This document shows positions 20,225 through 30,416 of a DNA stretch of 64,000 bases, one piece after another; position 1 is the stretch's first letter; the number at the start of each line of letters is the position of its first letter. Under the pieces are notes generated by a model. The model searched no databases. It had not been told where the DNA came from and saw nothing but the letters and a program-made list of their open reading frames with translations. This DNA is from Blastocatellia bacterium (lineage in GTDB: Bacteria; Acidobacteriota; Blastocatellia; UBA7656). The stretch is taken from assembly GCA_963728545.1 (NCBI GenBank), contig CAVSKO010000002.1, forward strand, positions 358,874-422,873, written 5' to 3'. Both the position numbers and the translations under genes were made by a program.

Positions 20225-22708
20225 GTGGAGTTGGTTATGATTAAATGTATAGTGGTGACTTTTGCATTGGTGCTTTGCCTGCTGGCGGTTAACACACAGG
20301 CTGCACAGCAGGATGCAGCAGCTTCGAATGGTTCATCTAATGCAGCAAAACCCGCCGACCCAAAACACGTAACAGTTCCCCCCGAAAAAGCGAACCCCGT
20401 AACGATACCTAAATTTGATAAACCGCCCGTAATCAACGGCAAGCTCGATGATGAGGTGTGGAAGACGGCGGTTGTGCTAAAGAATTTTTATCAAGTACAG
20501 CCGGGCGATAACATAGCCCCATCGAAACCCGCCGAAGTCCTTCTCGGATACGACAGCAAGACCTGGTATATAGCTTTCCGCTGCCCGGACGAGCCGGGCA
20601 AGGTTCGCGCTACGGTTCCGAAGCGCGATAACATCTGGGAAGACGACAACGTCGGGATGTTTATTGACACCTTTAACGATAAGCGCAAAGCGTACGCTCT
20701 TTTTTTTAATCCCATTGGTATTCAAGCCGACGGCACGCTGACAGAGACAAACGAAGATTACAGCCTCGATATAGTTATGGAGTCGAAAGGCGTAGTGAAC
20801 GAAGACGGGTACACCGTCGAGATTGCTATTCCTTTCAAATCGCTCAGGTATGAAGCGGGCAAAGGCAAGCTCTGGGGCGCTCACTTTTTCCGCCGCATCA
20901 AGCGTTTCAACAACGAGCTGAATTCATGGATGCCGCTCGACCGCAGCAAGTCGAGCTGGATAGCGCAAGAGGGGCACCTCGCCGGGTTGGAAGGCATTAC
21001 AACCGAGCGGCAGCTTGAGCTCATACCGACGCTGACCGTTTCGCAATCGAGCCGTAGAGTGAGCACGCTTTCGGTGGGTGCGATCAATGCCAATCCGTTT
21101 ATCGTAGACCCCGGTCGCATGGTCAACAGCCCGTCGAACCTCGACCCAGGTCTTTCGGTTAAGCTCGGCATAACGCCGAACGTGACGCTAGATTTTGCGG
21201 CCAACCCCGACTTCGCTCAGGTCGAAGCCGATCAACCCGTCATAACGGCCAATCAACGCTTCCCGATATTCTTCGCCGAAAAGCGGCCCTTCTTTCTTGA
21301 AGGCATAGACATTTTTCAGACGACGATTGCTGCCGTTCACACGCGGGCGATAGTCGACCCGGACTATGCGGCAAAGCTGACGGGGAAAATCGGGAAAAAC
21401 ACTTTCGGGTTTCTGGCGGCTTCCGACAACGCGCCGGGCAATTTTAGCGAGGATGAGATAAATGACCCTGAAATCTTTCCTGACATAGAGAGATTCATCG
21501 ACAAGAACGCTTATATCGGCGTGTTGAGGCTGAAGCGAGACGTAGGAAAAGAATCGAGCGTGGGTTTTCTGGCGACGAGCTATAACTTTATTGAACGCCA
21601 TAACCAGCTTGCGGGCTTCGACGGGCGGTTCAAGCTCGACAAGCAGACCGTTTTCTCTTTCCAGGTGCTTGGCACTACGACCCGCAGCTACTTCTACGAG
21701 CCGGAGATTGACCAGAGCATTTATAGGACGGGGAACGGCCTGGTCTACTACGCGGGCCTCGATAAAACGGGTCGCAACTTCGGCTATTACGCTGAAGTGC
21801 TGGGGCGGACGCGAGACTATCGCGCAGACGTAGGCTTTACGCGGCGCACAAACACAAACAGCGGTTTTCTCTTCATGCGCTATAACAATGACGCGAAGCC
21901 GAAGGCGAAACTCATCTCGTGGCGCGTGTCGAATGCAGCCGGCGTGAATTACGATTTCCAGGGCCGTATGCAAAACTGGAACAATGAATCTCAATTGCAG
22001 ATCAGGGTTCCCGGCAATACTTATCTCGGATTCGGCGTTGAAGAAGGCTACGAGAAATTGATTGAAGAAGAGTTCGGCCCCCTGCGCACGGCGACACAAC
22101 TCGGGGCTTTCTTTGGGCCGGATTCGGAGCGTTCGGCGCACCGCAAATCGCTCTACTGGTATGTCGAGACAGCGCCGAGCAAGAAGTATTCGATATTTGT
22201 CTTCACGTCGAGAAACTGGGGGGCGCTTGACCTGGACTTCGGCGGCGGGCCTCGGTTCCCGCGCGTCAGCCCCGCTGCTTTAGTCGATCCCGATGCGCGG
22301 CTCGATCCCGGAGCAGGCAATACATGGTTTGTTGACGGGATCGTCACTTACAAGCCTATCAACGCTTTGAGCACATCGCTCGGCTTTACAAAGAGCAGGC
22401 TTGTGAGAAGTGACACTGCGCTGCTGGCGTTTGACGACAACATCTTTTCGTGGCGCACGACCTACCAGTTTACGCGGTTCACCTTCTTGAGGGCGCGGCT
22501 CGATTATGACACGCTCGCATCAAGCGTTCGCGGGCAGTATCTGTTCGGATGGACGCCGAATCCGGGAACGTCGTTTTACGTGGGCTATAACGATGACCTG
22601 AGCTATAACGGGTTTGACCAGTTCACGGGGAATTCTTTGCCGGGCTTCCGGCGAAACAACAGGACGTTTTTTATAAAGACCTCCTACCTGTTCCGCCGCA
22701 GCCTTTAA
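20225..22708 (+). CDS. CBM9-like / DUF5916 domain protein (predicted outer-membrane or secreted), paralog 1
   Basis: Signal peptide; N-terminal carbohydrate-binding family 9-like block (KFDKPPVINGKLDDEVWK...FYQVQPGDN); long beta-rich C-terminal region ending ...FFIKTSYLFRRSL. Confidence 0.65.
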   Translation: MELVMIKCIVVTFALVLCLLAVNTQAAQQDAAASNGSSNAAKPADPKHVTVPPEKANPVTIPKFDKPPVINGKLDDEVWKTAVVLKNFYQVQPGDNIAPSKPAEVLLGYDSKTWYIAFRCPDEPGKVRATVPKRDNIWEDDNVGMFIDTFNDKRKAYALFFNPIGIQADGTLTETNEDYSLDIVMESKGVVNEDGYTVEIAIPFKSLRYEAGKGKLWGAHFFRRIKRFNNELNSWMPLDRSKSSWIAQEGHLAGLEGITTERQLELIPTLTVSQSSRRVSTLSVGAINANPFIVDPGRMVNSPSNLDPGLSVKLGITPNVTLDFAANPDFAQVEADQPVITANQRFPIFFAEKRPFFLEGIDIFQTTIAAVHTRAIVDPDYAAKLTGKIGKNTFGFLAASDNAPGNFSEDEINDPEIFPDIERFIDKNAYIGVLRLKRDVGKESSVGFLATSYNFIERHNQLAGFDGRFKLDKQTVFSFQVLGTTTRSYFYEPEIDQSIYRTGNGLVYYAGLDKTGRNFGYYAEVLGRTRDYRADVGFTRRTNTNSGFLFMRYNNDAKPKAKLISWRVSNAAGVNYDFQGRMQNWNNESQLQIRVPGNTYLGFGVEEGYEKLIEEEFGPLRTATQLGAFFGPDSERSAHRKSLYWYVETAPSKKYSIFVFTSRNWGALDLDFGGGPRFPRVSPAALVDPDARLDPGAGNTWFVDGIVTYKPINALSTSLGFTKSRLVRSDTALLAFDDNIFSWRTTYQFTRFTFLRARLDYDTLASSVRGQYLFGWTPNPGTSFYVGYNDDLSYNGFDQFTGNSLPGFRRNNRTFFIKTSYLFRRSL

Positions 22709-22717
22709 TTAGTGGTC

Positions 22718-22770
22718 GGGGCTTAGAGGCTAGAGATCAAAGATCAGGGACTCGCCTCTAAGCTCTGACC
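22718..22770 (+). terminator. imperfect 17-bp stem-loop after DUF5916 paralog 1
   Basis: ggtcggggcttagaggc ... gcctctaagctctgacc read directly; no clear T-run. Confidence 0.35.
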
Positions 22771-22939
22771 CATATAACGCGCCGTAGTTCATTGTAGTTT
22801 ATCGGATGGCCAACGGCAGCAAACGGACCTTAAAGATTGTGATTGAATTATAAATCTGTGGCAGGGTTGATTAATCGCAATCGAGACAGGCTTAATAATT
22901 ATTTAGACGGACCGACGCCCCTTTAATTCGAGAGTAAGA

Positions 22940-25411
22940 ATGTTCGTTATGAAATTTATATCCGCTCTATTTGTGCTCGCCGTATGCGCGATTTCGCTTT
23001 GTGCGCAGACTCAACCGATAGAATCTTCTGTTGCGACCGGCACGACCTCTGCCGCGAAGCCCGCCGGGCCGAAATCCGTCACGGTGCCGCCCGAAAAGGC
23101 GCAACCCGTCAGCGTCGTCCGCTTTGAAAAACCGCCCGTGATTGACGGCAAGCTCGATGAAGAAGTCTGGAAGCAGGCGGCCATGCTAAAAGACTTCTAC
23201 CAGACACAGCCCGGCGACAACATCGCGCCGTCGCAACGCACAGAGGTTCTACTCGGCTATGACAGCAAATTTCTTTACGTCGCGTTTAAAGCCTACGATG
23301 AAGCGGGCAAGGTGCGCGCGACCGTGGCAAAGCGCGACGCCGTCTTTGACGACGACAACGTGCGAATCGTGCTCGACACGTTCGACGACAAGCGCAAGGC
23401 TTACGTATTTGTCTTCAACCCCTTTGGCGTCCAGGCCGACGGCATACTGACCGAAGGGCGCGGCGAAGATTACAGCGTCAATGTCGTGATGGAGTCGAAG
23501 GGCATAGTGACCGAAGACGGCTATTTCGTAGAGATCGCGATCCCTTTCAAATCCCTCCGCTACACTGCCGGTAAAGACAAACACTGGGGCGTCCACCTGT
23601 TCCGCCGAATCAAGCGGTTCGACAACGAGCTTGATTCGTGGATGCCGATCTCGCGCGATATATCGGGCCTGCTGAACCAGGAAGGCCGAATCACGGGCCT
23701 TGAAAACATCGCCTCGGAGCGCACGCTTGAAATTATTCCGACCTTCACCATTTCAGAGACCGGAAAGAGAATCGCTGCCCAGGCTTCGGTTAACGATCCG
23801 ATGCTTGCCGACCGGGGCCGCTTTTTAAACAGGCCCGCCGAATTTGACCCCGGTGTGAACGTCAAGCTGGGGATCACTCAAAGCGTGATACTGGATTTTG
23901 CCGCCAACCCCGACTTCGCTCAGGTCGAAGCCGATCAACCCGTCATAACGGCCAATCAACGCTTCCCGATATTCTTCGCCGAAAAGCGGCCCTTCTTCCT
24001 TGAAGGCATAGACATTTTTCAAACGCCGCTGACCGCAGTCCACACGCGGGCGATAGTCGACCCGGACTATGCGGCAAAGCTGACGGGCAAAGTTGGCCGC
24101 AACACGTTCGGCATGATTCTCGCGTCGGACAACGCGCCAGGCAACTACAGCGAAGAGGAGCGGACGAACCCGGATATCTTTCCGCGCATCGAAAGATTCC
24201 TCGACAAGAATGCTTATATCGGCGTGCTCCGCGTGAAGCACGATGTCGGGAAAGAGTCGAGCATAGGGCTGATAGGCACGAGTTATAACTTCATTGAAAA
24301 GCACAGCCACCTCGCAGGCATCAACGGTCGTTTCAAGGTAGATAAGCAGACGACTTTCAACTTCCAGGTGCTTGGCACGAATTCGCGCGCCTTCTTTTAT
24401 GAGCCTGCCGAGGATAAGAGTATTTACAGGACAGGAAACGGGTTTGCTTACAACGCGGCCTATTTTTACGGAGGCCGGAACTTCAGTTGGGAGCTGTACG
24501 GCGAGGGGCAGACGCAAGATTATCGCGCCGAAGTGGGGTTTAATTCGAGAACGAATACAAACTTCAACAGCGTTTTTCTGGGCTACAACTCGACGCCCAA
24601 GCCGAAAGCTACGCTGATCTCGTATCACGTGCACAACTTCACGCACATCGATTACGACTTTCAAGGCCGCATGCAAATCTGGGAAAGCGAGTTCGCCGCC
24701 GAGCTTGGCTTGAGCCGGCAGACCTATGTAGGGGGTGGATACGAGCGGGCTTATGAACGAGTTTTTGAGGAAGAGTTCGGAGCAATTCGAACGGCGACCA
24801 GGACGGGCGCATTCATAGGCGATGATTCGGAGCGTTCATCGAACAAGCATCACTTTTTCCTCTGGGGCGGGACAAAGCCAAGCAAAAAATTCGGCTCCGA
24901 TTTCAGGGTCGTTTACCGCGTGGGCCATTTCGATTATGACTTCGGCGCGGGTCGCCGGTTCCCGCGAGTAAGCCCGGCCGCGCTCGTTGACCCTGATGCG
25001 GCATTTGACCCGGGTCGCGGCGGCCTTTTCGAGTTCAGAGCGAACGTGTTCTATCAACCTTCTGACGCTTTGAACACGACATTCAGTTACACGAAAAACC
25101 GTTTGACTCGTTACGACACAGACCGCGTGGCTTTCGACGACAATATCTTTTCTTCGCGCACGACTTACCAGTTCACCAGATTTTTGTTCGCGCGCGCGCG
25201 GTTGGATTACCTGACGCTCAGCTCAAGGGTGCGCGGGCAATACCTGATCGGGTGGACGCCGAATCCGGGAACGTCGTTTTACGTAGGCTATAACGACGAT
25301 ATGAATTACAACGGCTTCAGCCCGTTCACAGGGACTAGAGAGGACGGAATGCGACTCAACAGTCGCACGTTCTTTATAAAGACCTCTTACCTGTTCCGCC
25401 GTAGCTTGTAG
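22940..25411 (+). CDS. CBM9-like / DUF5916 domain protein, paralog 2
   Basis: ~65-70% aa identity to 20225..22708 over full length; identical C-terminus YLFRRSL. Confidence 0.65.
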   Translation: MFVMKFISALFVLAVCAISLCAQTQPIESSVATGTTSAAKPAGPKSVTVPPEKAQPVSVVRFEKPPVIDGKLDEEVWKQAAMLKDFYQTQPGDNIAPSQRTEVLLGYDSKFLYVAFKAYDEAGKVRATVAKRDAVFDDDNVRIVLDTFDDKRKAYVFVFNPFGVQADGILTEGRGEDYSVNVVMESKGIVTEDGYFVEIAIPFKSLRYTAGKDKHWGVHLFRRIKRFDNELDSWMPISRDISGLLNQEGRITGLENIASERTLEIIPTFTISETGKRIAAQASVNDPMLADRGRFLNRPAEFDPGVNVKLGITQSVILDFAANPDFAQVEADQPVITANQRFPIFFAEKRPFFLEGIDIFQTPLTAVHTRAIVDPDYAAKLTGKVGRNTFGMILASDNAPGNYSEEERTNPDIFPRIERFLDKNAYIGVLRVKHDVGKESSIGLIGTSYNFIEKHSHLAGINGRFKVDKQTTFNFQVLGTNSRAFFYEPAEDKSIYRTGNGFAYNAAYFYGGRNFSWELYGEGQTQDYRAEVGFNSRTNTNFNSVFLGYNSTPKPKATLISYHVHNFTHIDYDFQGRMQIWESEFAAELGLSRQTYVGGGYERAYERVFEEEFGAIRTATRTGAFIGDDSERSSNKHHFFLWGGTKPSKKFGSDFRVVYRVGHFDYDFGAGRRFPRVSPAALVDPDAAFDPGRGGLFEFRANVFYQPSDALNTTFSYTKNRLTRYDTDRVAFDDNIFSSRTTYQFTRFLFARARLDYLTLSSRVRGQYLIGWTPNPGTSFYVGYNDDMNYNGFSPFTGTREDGMRLNSRTFFIKTSYLFRRSL

Positions 25412-25610
25412 AGGCGCAGGGCCGTTTTATGTCAACTTTTTTGCATTTCGTGAAACTTTCCTTCGGCTTATGGCACTGACTGTGTGTCAGGCAAGATCGT
25501 CTTGCGCCTACCATCTCCCCGCTCGCGAGGCGCGAGGCGAATTATTTGGAACTTGAGCGCAGCAGTGGGCGAATAATTACCTGACGATCACTCAAAAAAC
25601 GAAGGAGGAC

Positions 25611-26610
25611 TTGAACGTCATGAAGCGAGTTTTATTACTCTCATTAGCCTTTTCGCTGTCTTGCGCCTCAGTTGGTTTGGCAGCTACAGACCGGTCGCAA
25701 GAAGCGACAACTACGGAAGCTCCTGTAGCAGTCGTCGCGGCGCAGGAACGGGGCAGCTATCTGGGCGTAGGTCTCGACGAGGTGATGCCGGAGACTGTCG
25801 CTCGGCTGAAGCTAAAGGCAGAGCGGGGGGCGGTTGTAATAGATGTCGTGGCCGACAGCCCCGCGGCAAAAGCAGGTCTTCAAAGAGATGACGTAATCGT
25901 CAGGTGGGACGGCGAGCAGATTGAGAGCGCCATACAGCTTTCGCGATTGAGGCGCGAAACTCCTGTTGGCCGAACCGTGCGGCTCGGCATCGTCCGCGAC
26001 GGGCGCGAGATGGAAGTGAGCGTGCAACTCGGAGAAAGACCTGAGCGGGTTCTCAAGAATCAGACCCAGAGTAGTCACGCCGCGCCCGGCTCGGACTCGT
26101 TTCATCAGGCCGGAAAGGGCGCCGAGAGCAAGGACGATCATTCGCGGTCCTATAGGGATGCAGATGCTCAGTCTCACGCCGCAGATGGCCGAATACTTCG
26201 GCCTTGGGCAGCGGTCGGGCGCGCTGGTTACCTGGGTGGATCAGGATTCTACGGCAGCGAAGGCGGGGCTTAAAGCGGGAGACGTGATTCTCTCGATCAG
26301 CGGCGAGACGGTCGACGGCCCCAGTAATGCCTGGCGCACGCTCCGTCAAAAGGCGGGCGAGACGGTCGAGATAAAAGTGATGCGCGACCGAAAAGAACAG
26401 AGCCTCACCGTGACGCTTGAAAAGAGCACGGCGACCTCGTGGATAATCGAGCCGGGCGACATCAATATATCTATTCCGGTCGCGCCGATTGCTGTTCCGA
26501 TGCCGCACATCGAATTGCCGGCTCTGCCCGCGATGCCTGTAATGCCAAAGATCCACATAGCTCCGATAGCGGTGCCGTTCGTGCGCATGACTTATAGGAT
26601 TTTGATCTAA
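25611..26610 (+). pseudogene. secreted tandem-PDZ protein, apparently frameshifted between ~26041 and 26157 (ORFs 25611..26273 and 26158..26610)
   Basis: Signal peptide + PDZ 1 (GVGLDEV...VVADSPAAKAGLQRDDVIV) in frame 3; PDZ 2 (LTPQMAEYFGL...DQDSTAAKAGLKAGDVILSISGETV) in frame 1; second ORF would start inside a PDZ fold. Confidence 0.5.
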
Positions 26611-26654
26611 GTTCGCCGGTTTCACTCTCATGGGCATTTCCTGATAACCGAGCG

Positions 26655-26760
26655 GACTTAAAAGGAGACGGGGAGAAAGACACGGAGAGAGGGGACGCGG
26701 CGACGCGGCTGAGGATTACCCAATCTCTGTGTCCCCGTCTCTCTGTGTTGCCGTACTGCT
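26655..26760. repeat. degenerate relative of the palindromic repeat family (copy B)
   Basis: Shares cacagagag / ctctgtg and gagacgggga / tccccgtctc motifs but arms only partly complementary. Confidence 0.3.
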
Positions 26761-27199
26761 CTCGCGGATGAGATTTTACCTGTTTCCCACTGCCTCTCTT
26801 CCTTGATCGCTCGACGGAAAGCAATTACTGAATCCTCAGGCACTTTATTGTTGACACGGTCCAAGGTAGATGTTACAAGGTACTCGGCTGAAAGGTTGAT
26901 TGAAGCTATGCCGTCTTGTACGGCTTCCGGCGCGGGATCCCTCATCGAGCATGCCTCGATTCCTGTTGTGCGCCTCAAAGTGCCCCCTGACCAGTAAAAT
27001 GTAGTATCTGTCGGTTTGTTGCTCCCCTCGTTTGCCTTCTCTCAGCATTAGCAAGCACGCACCTCATCGGTCAATATGCATGGACCGCATAGGCGACCGT
27101 TTGAACCTGGCAATGGCGCGCGCTATTGCCGGATTTAGGAGCATCGAGCGAGCGTTAGTGGACGCTCAGTATGAACAAGGCAGAGCTAACTGGTAAATT

Positions 27200-28942
27200 A
27201 TGTCGGCTAAACTGGGCGAGACCCTTCTAAAAGATAATCTAATCACACCTCAGCAGCTCAAAGAAGCGCTCGACTTTCAGAGAGTCAACGGTGGAAGGCT
27301 CGCCTCTACCCTCGTAAGACTCGGAATGCTTTCCGATGAAGAGGTCACGGCAGTCTTGAGCCGCCAGTACGGCGTCCCTTCCGTAAACCTCGACCTTTTT
27401 GAAGTCGATCAGGCCGCAGTCGCCCTTGTGCCGCAAGAGACGGCCGAGCGTTACTCGGTGCTGCCGCTGTCTCGCGTAGGCGCGACGCTCACGCTAGCGA
27501 TGGTCGATCCCACAAACGTCTTTGCCATAGACGACATAAAATTTATGACGGGCCTTTCGGTCGAGCCTGTCGTAGTCTCTGAGACGACACTCAATGCCGC
27601 GATAAAGAAATACTACGGCACGACGCGCGAGATGGAGCTTGCGCGCGTGATGGAAGACCTGGTCGCGGAGACGACGAACAAAAACCCTTACGGCGAAGAC
27701 ATCGACCAGCTTGACATCGAAGAGCACGAAGAGGAGATCGACCTCGAAAACCTCGAAAGGATGGCCGAGGATGCGCCCGTAGTAAAACTCGTAAACGTCA
27801 TCCTCGTAGACGCGCTCCGCCGGGGGGCATCCGACATTCATATCGAGCCTTACGAAAAAGAGTTTCGCGTTCGCTTCCGCATGGACGGCGTGCTTTACAA
27901 CATAATGGCTCCGCCTCTGAAGATGCGTGACGCGCTCACGTCGCGAATGAAGATCATGGCCCGGCTCGACATAGCCGAAAAGCGGCTTCCACAAGATGGC
28001 CGCATAAAGATCAGAGTTCGGCTCGACGGGCGCTCGCGCGAGCTGGATTTCCGCGTATCAACATTGCCCACTATCTTTGGCGAAAAGATGGTGCTTCGCC
28101 TGCTTGATAAAGAGAATCTGCGGCTCGACATGACTCAGTTAGGCTTTGAGGCCGCGAGCCTGGATAAGTTCAAGCGGAACATCTCGAAGCCTTACGGGAT
28201 GGTGCTGGTCACGGGGCCGACGGGTTCCGGAAAAACGTCTACGCTTTACTCGGCGCTGCAAAGCCTGAACACGCCGGAAACGAACATAATGACTGCGGAA
28301 GACCCGGTCGAGTTCAACCTGCCCGGCATAAACCAGGTGCAGATGAAAGAATCGATAGGGCTGAATTTCGCGGCCGCGCTCCGCTCATTCTTGCGCCAGG
28401 ACCCGAACATCATTCTCGTCGGCGAAATCCGAGACTTCGAGACGGCAGAGATCGCGGTCAAAGCCGCTCTGACCGGCCACCTCGTGCTTTCCACCCTGCA
28501 CACAAACGACGCGCCTTCGACTATCAGCCGGTTGATGAACATGGGTATCGAGCCCTTTCTTGTCGCAACTTCTGTGAACTTGATCCAGGCGCAGCGACTT
28601 GTGCGAAGAATTTGTAAAGAGTGCAAAGCCGAGCACCACGCCCCGGCAGAGGCCATGATCGACGTGGGATTCCCGGCCGCCGAGGTCAAAGAGATAAAGA
28701 CGTTCAAAGGCATAGGATGTGGAAATTGTAATGGTACTGGCTACAAGGGCCGAGTCGGTCTTTATGAAGTTATGGAGATAACCGACGAGATACGCGAGTT
28801 GATTCTGGTCGGCGCGTCGGGCTTGGAGCTACGCCGCAAGGCCATTGACGAAGGTATGTTGACGCTCCGCCAGAGCGGGCTTGAGAAGATCAGGCAAGGA
28901 TTGACTACGGTAGAGGAAGTCGTGAGAGAAACAGTTAAGTGA
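27200..28942 (+). CDS. pilB: type IV pilus assembly ATPase PilB (GspE family)
   Basis: N-terminal GSPII_E_N domain, Walker A VTGPTGSGKTST, Asp/His boxes, C-terminal tetracysteine CKECK...CGNCNGTG. Confidence 0.9.
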   Translation: MSAKLGETLLKDNLITPQQLKEALDFQRVNGGRLASTLVRLGMLSDEEVTAVLSRQYGVPSVNLDLFEVDQAAVALVPQETAERYSVLPLSRVGATLTLAMVDPTNVFAIDDIKFMTGLSVEPVVVSETTLNAAIKKYYGTTREMELARVMEDLVAETTNKNPYGEDIDQLDIEEHEEEIDLENLERMAEDAPVVKLVNVILVDALRRGASDIHIEPYEKEFRVRFRMDGVLYNIMAPPLKMRDALTSRMKIMARLDIAEKRLPQDGRIKIRVRLDGRSRELDFRVSTLPTIFGEKMVLRLLDKENLRLDMTQLGFEAASLDKFKRNISKPYGMVLVTGPTGSGKTSTLYSALQSLNTPETNIMTAEDPVEFNLPGINQVQMKESIGLNFAAALRSFLRQDPNIILVGEIRDFETAEIAVKAALTGHLVLSTLHTNDAPSTISRLMNMGIEPFLVATSVNLIQAQRLVRRICKECKAEHHAPAEAMIDVGFPAAEVKEIKTFKGIGCGNCNGTGYKGRVGLYEVMEITDEIRELILVGASGLELRRKAIDEGMLTLRQSGLEKIRQGLTTVEEVVRETVK

Positions 28943-29036
28943 TTTTAGATTTTTGATTTTGGATTAAGGATTGCGCGCCGACCCATCAGAGCTTCGGTCC
29001 CACAATACAAAATCTAGAATCCAAAATCTAAAATCG
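28941..29036 (+). terminator. AT-rich imperfect hairpin between pilB and pilT (gattttagatttt... / ...aaaatctaaaatc), GC-rich loop
   Basis: 13-bp perfect + extended imperfect stem read directly. Confidence 0.4.
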
Positions 29037-29047
29037 CCGGAGGTTAT

Positions 29048-30217
29048 ATGCGAGAGATTGCACTGAGCGATTTGTTGAGGAAGATGATAGAGCTTGGCGG
29101 GTCCGACCTGCACATAACGACGAACTCCGCGCCTATGGTGCGCGTTCACGGTGTGCTGAGGCCGCTTGAGTATCAGGAGATGACGCCGGCAGAGACGAAA
29201 CAGCTTGCCTATTCAGTCTTGACCGACGCGCAGAAGCACAGGTTTGAAGAGACTCTGGAGCTGGATTTCTCATTCGGTATCAAGGGGCTGTCACGCTTCC
29301 GCGCGAACATCTACAACCAGCGCGGCGCGGTCGGCGCGGTCTTCCGTTCAATCCCTTACGAGATACGCTCTTTTGAGGAGCTTGGGCTGCCGGGCGTAAT
29401 CAATAAGCTTTGCGATAAGCCGCGCGGGCTTATACTCGTCACGGGGCCTACCGGGTCGGGCAAATCAACTACGCTTGCCGCGATGCTAGACAAAGTTAAT
29501 CGTGATCGCCACGAGCACATAATCACGGTCGAAGACCCGATAGAATATCTGCACGCGCACAAGGGCTGTATAGTCAACCAGCGAGAGGTCCACTCTGACA
29601 CGCACTCATTCGCCAACGCGCTCAGGGCCGCTCTTCGCCAGGACCCGGACGTGGTGCTCATAGGCGAAATGCGCGACCTTGAGACGACAGAGACCGCGCT
29701 CAGAATAGCCGAGACGGGCCACTTGACTTTTGCCACTCTGCACACGAATTCGGCGGCGTCATCGATCAACCGTATCATAGACATTTTCCCGGCTCACCAG
29801 CAGTCGCAGATTCGCACGCAGCTTTCGATGGTGCTGGAAGGAATCGTCACGCAGGCGCTGCTTCCGAAGGCTAACGGGCAGGGGCGCGCTATGGCTATGG
29901 AGATACTTGTGCCGAACGCGGCTATTCGCAACCTAGTCCGCGAAGACAAGATTCACCAGATTTACTCTATGATGCAGACGGGTCAGGAAAAATACGGGAT
30001 GCAGACCTTCAACCAATCGCTTGTGAGTCTCTACTTCAAGAAGCAGATCACGCTTGAGATGGCTATGGCTCGCTCATCAAACGCGGACGAGTTACAGGAT
30101 TTGATAAATCGCGGGACGGCGGCGATGCAGGGTGCAACTCCTCCTGGCGTCAGACAGCCGGGCTATCCCGCGCAACCCAACCGGCCCATGAATCCGTTAG
30201 GCCGCGTGGGACGGTAA
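29048..30217 (+). CDS. pilT: twitching motility ATPase PilT
   Basis: Walker A VTGPTGSGKSTT; PilT signature AxxHLTFATLHTNSAAxSINRIIDIFP; 389 aa with short C-terminal extension. Confidence 0.9.
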   Translation: MREIALSDLLRKMIELGGSDLHITTNSAPMVRVHGVLRPLEYQEMTPAETKQLAYSVLTDAQKHRFEETLELDFSFGIKGLSRFRANIYNQRGAVGAVFRSIPYEIRSFEELGLPGVINKLCDKPRGLILVTGPTGSGKSTTLAAMLDKVNRDRHEHIITVEDPIEYLHAHKGCIVNQREVHSDTHSFANALRAALRQDPDVVLIGEMRDLETTETALRIAETGHLTFATLHTNSAASSINRIIDIFPAHQQSQIRTQLSMVLEGIVTQALLPKANGQGRAMAMEILVPNAAIRNLVREDKIHQIYSMMQTGQEKYGMQTFNQSLVSLYFKKQITLEMAMARSSNADELQDLINRGTAAMQGATPPGVRQPGYPAQPNRPMNPLGRVGR

Positions 30218-30221
30218 AAGC

Positions 30222-30362
30222 AAAGGATGAAGTATGAGGGATGAAGGATGAAAAAGAAACAAGCCTCGGTTCTGAAATCTGAGATTTGCGATTTTAAATC
30301 CGCGCCGCGCGCAAGCGCATCATGCGCCATATTCATCCTTCATCCCTCATACTTCATCCTTT
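30222..30362. repeat. 31-bp perfect inverted repeat (aaaggatgaagtatgagggatgaaggatgaa) flanking a 79-nt spacer, directly 3' of pilT
   Basis: Arms 30222..30252 and 30332..30362 are exact reverse complements. Confidence 0.8.
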
Positions 30363-30416
30363 AAAGATTGCCCCTTTGGTAGTAAACAGATTTAGAGTAA
30401 AAGTGGGGAAGCCAAA

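Noticed and set aside
21188-22141. 317-aa minus-strand ORF (and its twin 23825..24676) inside the DUF5916 genes
   Set aside because: Antisense shadow ORFs of the long plus-strand genes. The two are similar only because the sense genes are paralogous (identical VYAFKKEGPLFGEEYREALIGRYDGLIGFDLSEVGVG stretch is the reverse translation of the gene-conversion tract). No independent coding signal.
28941-29036. Initial impression that the pilB-pilT intergenic hairpin is a perfect palindrome
   Set aside because: Only the first 13 bp of the arms pair perfectly. The remainder is imperfect (gattttggatt vs ggattctagatt), so it is reported as an imperfect hairpin.
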